From Scyliorhinus canicula (lineage: Eukaryota), in the NCBI RefSeq assembly GCF_902713615.1, contig NC_052164.1, positions 105,352,989-105,416,988 on the forward strand: a stretch of 64,000 nt of DNA, written 5' to 3'. Below, one piece after another: positions 58,023 through 64,000 of the stretch; the first letter of the stretch is position 1; each line of letters starts with the position of its first letter. The notes beneath the pieces were generated by a model, which saw only the letters and a list, made by a program, of their open reading frames with translations, ran no database searches and was not told the origin of the DNA. The position numbers and the translations under genes were made by a program.

Positions 58023-60059
58023 GGTTTGTGGAGGGGGCTGATGCTTGCTGGTGGAGCTGGCAGCTCCTGTATTTCAGCATTGAGACATCAGCAACATTGT
58101 GGAACTCGACCCCGTGCCCATAACCCTTGCACATGTCAGGGGGCAGAATGTAATTGATGAAGAGGGGGGAGGACGATATTCTGGAGGGCAATACTCTGGC
58201 AATCTTCCTGCTAAATTGCTCAAAGGCGTGATTGCACAGCAGCCTGGACATGGCTTATTCCATGATGAATACGGTGTGTTTGGTCATGCAACTAAAGTTA
58301 AAGGGCCCTTGCACTGAAAATACTTTCCACACACAACTAAATTTGAAAGGAAACATTGCTCCTAAACTAAGGTTGGAGTACCTTCATTATAATAGCTTAT
58401 TGTCACAAGTAAATGAAGTTACTGTGAAAAGTCCCTAGTCACCACATTTCGGCGCCTGTTCGGGGAGGCCAGTACAGGAATTGGACCCGCGCTGTTGGTC
58501 TTGTTCTGCATTATAAGTCAGCTGTCTTAGCCCACTGTGCTAAATCACCCTTCATCCCAATACTTCAGGAAGAAGCTTCATCAACACTTTCTCAAGGAAA
58601 CCAGGGCTGAGCAAGAATCTTTGTTGTATGGTCAATTTTTAATTCTGGTTTTTGTTTTTACTAGGGTTTGAAATTATGCCTCATGGCATCTTATAGAGTT
58701 GAGAAAACCTGGAGTGATCTACAGGAGAGGTACAGAAAATGCAAAAATACGAACAAAAAACTGATGTTGGAAACCTGAAGTTAAAGCAACATTGTCCTGG
58801 AAATCTCAGCAGGTGTGACAGCAGCTGTGAAGAGAGAAACAGCATTAATGTTTTGAGTCAAATCTGACTTCAGATCTTTATTTCAAGTTGATTCAAGGCA
58901 TTGGGCAGAATTCTCCCAAAAAATGACTGTCATTTTGGGTGGAATGTTCCCCTTTTCAGCCCCCGGCCCTCAATTACCCCCTTTTTTATGCCATGCCCCT
59001 CTTAGGCACCATGTGCCTTGGCAATGCCCCTTGGCAGTGCCCCTTGGCACCCTGGCAGTGCCCCTTGGCACCCTGGCAGTGCCAACCTGTCCCAACCCCC
59101 TGGCAAATACCCGGAATTACAGATTGAAATGTGTTTAGATACTCATTTAAATATGCAAATCTGGTTCACACATATTGAGGTCATGAACTGGATTCCGTCC
59201 AGTGCACCGTTCTGTGCCAGGCATGATCCCGGTTTAGGGCTCTCCTGCTACTCTCCGGGAATAACGGGAAGTGCACCAGGCGTAACGTGGAGGGGAAATC
59301 ACCCCATGAGCTGTTTCTCTCTACACAGATGCTGCCGGACCGGCTGAGTGTTTTCAGAACTTTCTGAGTTAATTCTTGGAGCATAAGAAGTAATTCACTA
59401 TAACATTTAGGTGTCATTACAAATAGTACAAATGTTTACTGCAGCAATGCTTCTGAATTTGATCAGTGCATGTGTGAAACTGAACTGCGTTGTGAGGACT
59501 CGTATCCACCCTCCACTTCCTCAACCCCCCTCACAGGACAGGGTGACGCTCTGCTGTAAATGTATTTCTAATCTATCTAATCTAATTACAGCCGATTATT
59601 GTGACCAGGAGCTTTGCCTGTGTGTCAGCTGCATTGAAGTGAGTTTAAGTTAATGGCCACGCTGCACTGTATACGCAGCTCGCTGTGACAGCGTGGCCGA
59701 TAAAAGCTGGTGGACCCCAAACCCGGGATCTACCTGGCTCACCGCACCTCACAAGATCCAATATGATCTCGCGGGTCTTTGCAATGTGAATCCCGCCCAT
59801 TGTGGACAGATCACGTTTTAGCAAATCTGCATGTTACAGTGAGGCTACTAGTCTCACTCTAATGTGCAGACTCCCAAGTACAGGAGGCTTTGGGATTCAT
59901 CCCCTTCGCCTCGGAGACCCCGGGCGAGTGCCATTCCTCATCGAACGGCCTGGCGGGAAGGCCGCACCAGACTTTCAAAAGGGGCATAAAAAAACAAACA
60001 AGCGTTCCATGGGCACGCGACTGTGTGGTTCCTTTGTAACTACTCCACAATGACACATG

Positions 60060-62605
60060 TGATGATGGAATTGCCCCTGCAGAGATGTTGACGGTCCAAA
60101 GGCTTAGAACCCGGTTGAGTCTCACTTTCCCGAAACCTGGCAGGACAGTGGAGGTGCAGCAGGAGGCACAGGAGTGGCACCATGACTTGATGACGTCAGC
60201 CTGGCAGTTTCACCCAAACACACAGCTTTGACTCCCAGGTGTCATGCTGTAGAGAACTGGATCGGCCTCGTACAACGTTACGATTCAGGGCATTTGGACC
60301 AATGGAAGAAGCAAAAACCGCATTTCACAGTGTTCAACCAGCAGCATTGACACCTCCTCTGTGCCAGGAACCACCCCACCGTGTGGGGTCCCAACTGTTT
60401 ATATCCCACGCACAGTCCAGCAGGAGGAGGATGACCTTGGCTCAGAAATGGACATGAAGTGCCCGTGCCTACGGACGAGATCGTGTCCGGGATCGAGGTC
60501 CCAGCAATAACACTTCGGAGGTTGGCTAGAAATGGCAGTCAATGAACTGATACACACCGTCTAAGCCAGAGCCGCTGAAAGTGGAAGCACAGTCTAGGGC
60601 AAAGCGGAGCCCACCCAGCTGGAGCGCAGAGCCCACCCAGCTGGAATGCAGAGCCCACCCAGCTGGAATGCAGAGCCCACTCAGCTGGAGCACACAGCCC
60701 ACCCAGCTGGAGCACACAGCCCACTCAGCTGGAGCACACAGTCCACCCAGCTGGAGCACACAGTCCACCCAGCTGGAGCACACAGCCCACCCAGCTGGAG
60801 CACACAGCCCACCCAGCTGGAGCACACAGCCCACCCAGCTGGAATGCAGAGCCCACCCAGCTGGAGCACAGAGTCCACCCAGCTGGAGCACACAGCCCAC
60901 CCAGCTGGAATGCAGAGCCCACCCAGCTGGAGCACACAGCCCACCCAGCTGGAGCACACAGCCCACTCAGCTGGAGCACACAGTCCACCCAGCTGGAGCA
61001 CACAGTCCACCCAGCTGGAGCACACAGTCCACCCAGCTGGAGGGCAGAGCCCACCCAGCTGGAGCACACAGCCCACCCAGCTGGAGCACACAGCCCACCC
61101 AGCTGGAGCACACAGCCCACCCAGCTGGAGCACACAGCCCACCCAGCTGGAGCACACAGCCCACCCAGCTGGAGCACACAATCCACCCAGCTGGAGCACA
61201 CAGCCCACCCAGCTGGAGCACACAGCCCACCCAGCTGGAGCACACAGCCCACCCAGCTGGAGCACACAGCCCACCCAGCTGGAGCACACAGCCCACCCAG
61301 CTGGAGCACACAGCCCACCCAGCTGGAGCACACAGCCCACCCAGCTGGAGCGCACAGCCCACCCAGCTGGAGCGCAGAGCCCACCCAGCTGGAGCTCAGA
61401 GCCCACCCAGCTGGAGCACACAGCCCACCCAGCTGGAGCTCAGAGCCCACCCAGCTGGAGCGCAGAGCCCACCCAGCTGGAGCTCAGAGCCCACCCAGCT
61501 GGAGCTCAGAGTCCACCCAGCTGGAGCACACAGCCCACCCAGCTGGAATGCAGAGCCCACCCAGCTGGAATGCAGAGCCCACCCAGCTGGAGCACAGAGT
61601 CCACCCAGCTGGAGCACACAGCCCACCCAGCTGGAGCACACAGCCCACCCAGCTGGAGCTCAGAGCCCACCCAGCTGGAGCACAGAGCCCACCCAGCTGG
61701 AGCACACAGTCCACCCAGCTGGAGCACACAGCCCACCCAGCTGGAATGCAGAGCCCACCCAGCTGGAGCACAGAGTCCACCCAGCTGGAGCACACAGCCC
61801 ACCCAGCTGGAGCACACAGCCCACCCAGCTGGAGCACACAGCCCACCCAGCTGGAGCACAGAGCCCACCCAGCTGGAGCACACAGCCCACCCAGCTGGAG
61901 CACAGAGCCCACCCAGCTGGAGCACACAGCCCACCCAGCTGGAGCACACAGCCCACCCAGCTGGAGCACACAGCCCACCCAGCTGGAGCACAGAGCCCAC
62001 CCAGCTGGAGCACACAGTCCACCCAGCTGGAGCACAGAGTCCACCCAGCTGGAGCACACAGCCCACCCAGCTGGAGCACACAGTCCACCCAGCTGGAATG
62101 CAGAGCCCACCCAGCTGGAGCACAGAGCCCACCCAGCTGGAATGCAGAGCCCACCCAGCTGGAGCACAGAGCCCACCCAGCTGGAGCACAGAGTCCACCC
62201 AGCTGGAGCACACAGCCCACCCAGCTGGAGCACACAGCCCACCCAGCTGGAGCACACAGCCCACCCAGCTGGAGCACAGAGCCCACCCAGCTGGAGCGCG
62301 TTAAGGACTATCATAGAAGCCAGCTCAAAGCAGGGCCTGGTGTGGTTCATCCTCCCAGCATGGTCCCTGGGTCGAGGCCTTTAGAAAGTCTGGTGCGGCC
62401 TTGCCGCCAGGCCGTTGGATGAGGGATGGTACTGGCCGGTTCTAATATGCCGGACACCATTCCATTTATGTGGCAAACTCTTCACTAATGAAGGGTGTCC
62501 CATTATCCGTTATCAGAACGTCAGTGATCCCATGGGTGCAGAACGAGCACCGGAGCTTTTCTACCATCACCCTGGATGTTGTTGAGGCCATCTGTACATG
62601 TTAAA
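60060..62605 (-). mobile_element. Decayed Gypsy integrase split by a minisatellite
   Basis: The - strand near 62470-62545 reads FCTHGITDVLITDNGTPF, the integrase xDNG motif. Confidence 0.6.
60608..62298. repeat. 22-bp minisatellite (AGCCCACCCAGCTGGAGCACAC), ~77 copies
   Basis: Directly visible in the sequence. Confidence 0.97.
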
Positions 62606-63227
62606 AATGTATTTATGGGATGTGTCAGCATTCATTTCCCACCCGTAATTGCCCTCGGTGGGGGGGCAGTGAAGAGTCAACCACATTGCTGTGGGTCTGG
62701 AGTCAAATGTAGGCCAGGTAAGGACAGCAGATTTCCTTCCAGGTGCATTTTTACAGCAATGGTTTCATAGTCGTCATGCGACTTTTAATTCCAGATTTTT
62801 ATAAATTGAATTCAAAGCTCATCATCTGCAGTGGCAGGATTTGAACCTGTGTTTCCAAGGCATTGCCCAGGATCTCTGGTTTACTTGTCCAGTGACAATA
62901 CCACTACGTCACAGACTCCCATCACTACTATGACCAGCGGTGTGCCTCAGGGATCAGTGCTGGGGATGTCGGGTGGCGCCCTCGAGGAGGCAGGTCGCAG
63001 GTCGGATCGCTCCCGCCCGCGATGGGCAAACGGACCTTTTGCAACTGACTTTTTCGGGACCTGGCAGCCTGAATCGGTGGAGGAGACGATAGGGAAGAGG
63101 CTTCCTCTCCGGGGTATGGGCAGCTGGACTAGAAGTGGTTGAGTGGAGTGGCAAGGATCGAAGCGGGAGCAGCGGGGACCCCAGACCGGGCGGCCAAGCA
63201 TGCCGGACGGCAGGGAGCGGGGAGCGG

Positions 63228-64000
63228 GGAGGGAAGGTGGCCAGAGTGAGGAAGGTGCTACTACAGAGGGGAAGGCAGGCAGGGGGTTTGGGTCTCCCGA
63301 ACCTGATGTATTACTACTGGGCGGCGAATGTGGAGAAGATACGGAGCTGGGTCAGAGAGGTTGATTCCCAATAGGTCAGAATGGAGGAGAGTTTGTGCAG
63401 GGAGTCGGGATTGAAAGCACCAGAAACGGCCCCGCTCCCGATAGCCCCGGGAAAGTACTCAGGGAGTCCGGTAATAATAGCTTCATTGAGAATTTGGAGG
63501 CAGTTTCGCCAACACTTCAGGTTGGGGCAGGGTTAAGGGAAATGTCAATTCGGGGGAACCACAGATTTGAGCCAGGGAGGTGGGACGGAAGTTTTCAGAA
63601 ATGCGAAGAGAAGGGGATTAAGACGCTAAAAGATTTGTTTCTTAGGGGTCGATTTACAGGATTGAGAGAGCTGGATGTGAAGTATGGGCTGGAGCAGGGA
63701 GAAATGTTTAGATACATGCAGGTTCGAGATTTTGCCAGGAAGGAGATACAGAGCTTCCCAGAGGAGCCGGCCTCTATGTTGCTGGAGGAGGTGTTGACGA
63801 CAAGGGAACTGGAGGAGGGGGTAGTGTCAGCGGTGTACGGAGCTATTTTGGAAGAGGAGAAGGCACCACTGGAAGGGATCAAAGCAAAGTGGGAGGAAGA
63901 GTTGGGAGAGGATATGGAGGAGGGGTTCTGGTGTAAGGTGCTCCGGAGAGTGAATGCCTCCACCTCGTGTGCGAGGTTGGGGCTGATACAGCTGAAGGTG
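63228..64000 (+). mobile_element. L1 ORF2 C-terminal region
   Basis: GGLGLPNLMYYYWAA; continues past the end of the window. Confidence 0.85.

Noticed and set aside
53722-58251. 1509-aa Pro-rich ORF and overlapping Gly-rich ORFs
   Set aside because: They arise from G/C-run repeats; only the 15 nt encoding MSGQR belong to a gene.
60526-62422. 613-aa and other repetitive ORFs
   Set aside because: A 22-bp tandem repeat open on both strands.

Overview
This window is vertebrate genomic DNA, most likely from a shark; that call is inferred from the tRNA-SINE, CR1 and L1 families and a 69-bp satellite. Two spliced protein-coding genes sit tail-to-tail, and the ORF track captures them only in fragments. 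BTG4 is on the + strand, with 4 coding exons at 11911-16944 encoding 273 aa. HMBS (porphobilinogen deaminase) is on the - strand, with 14 coding exons at 54921-23964 encoding 357 aa. All their splice junctions were read as GT-AG and keep phase. The rest is transposon debris (L1, CR1, Gypsy/LTR, SINEs, hAT and Tc1/mariner MITEs, Penelope-like remnants) and about a dozen GC-rich minisatellites, which produce nearly all the long ORFs in the track. Highlights: (1) a 212-bp near-perfect palindrome in a BTG4 intron with a minimal hammerhead ribozyme on each strand; (2) a tandemly duplicated TIPxVNNPxSIYQ motif in BTG4 whose copies differ mostly at synonymous sites; (3) a U12-type intron in HMBS; (4) a ~300-bp HMBS promoter with a strong-Kozak uORF, wedged between G-rich arrays; (5) no in-frame erythroid start Met in HMBS; (6) a CR1 tail supplying the last BTG4 splice acceptor; (7) a miR-34c-like sequence in HMBS intron 1. 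Family assignments come from recalled motifs, not database searches.
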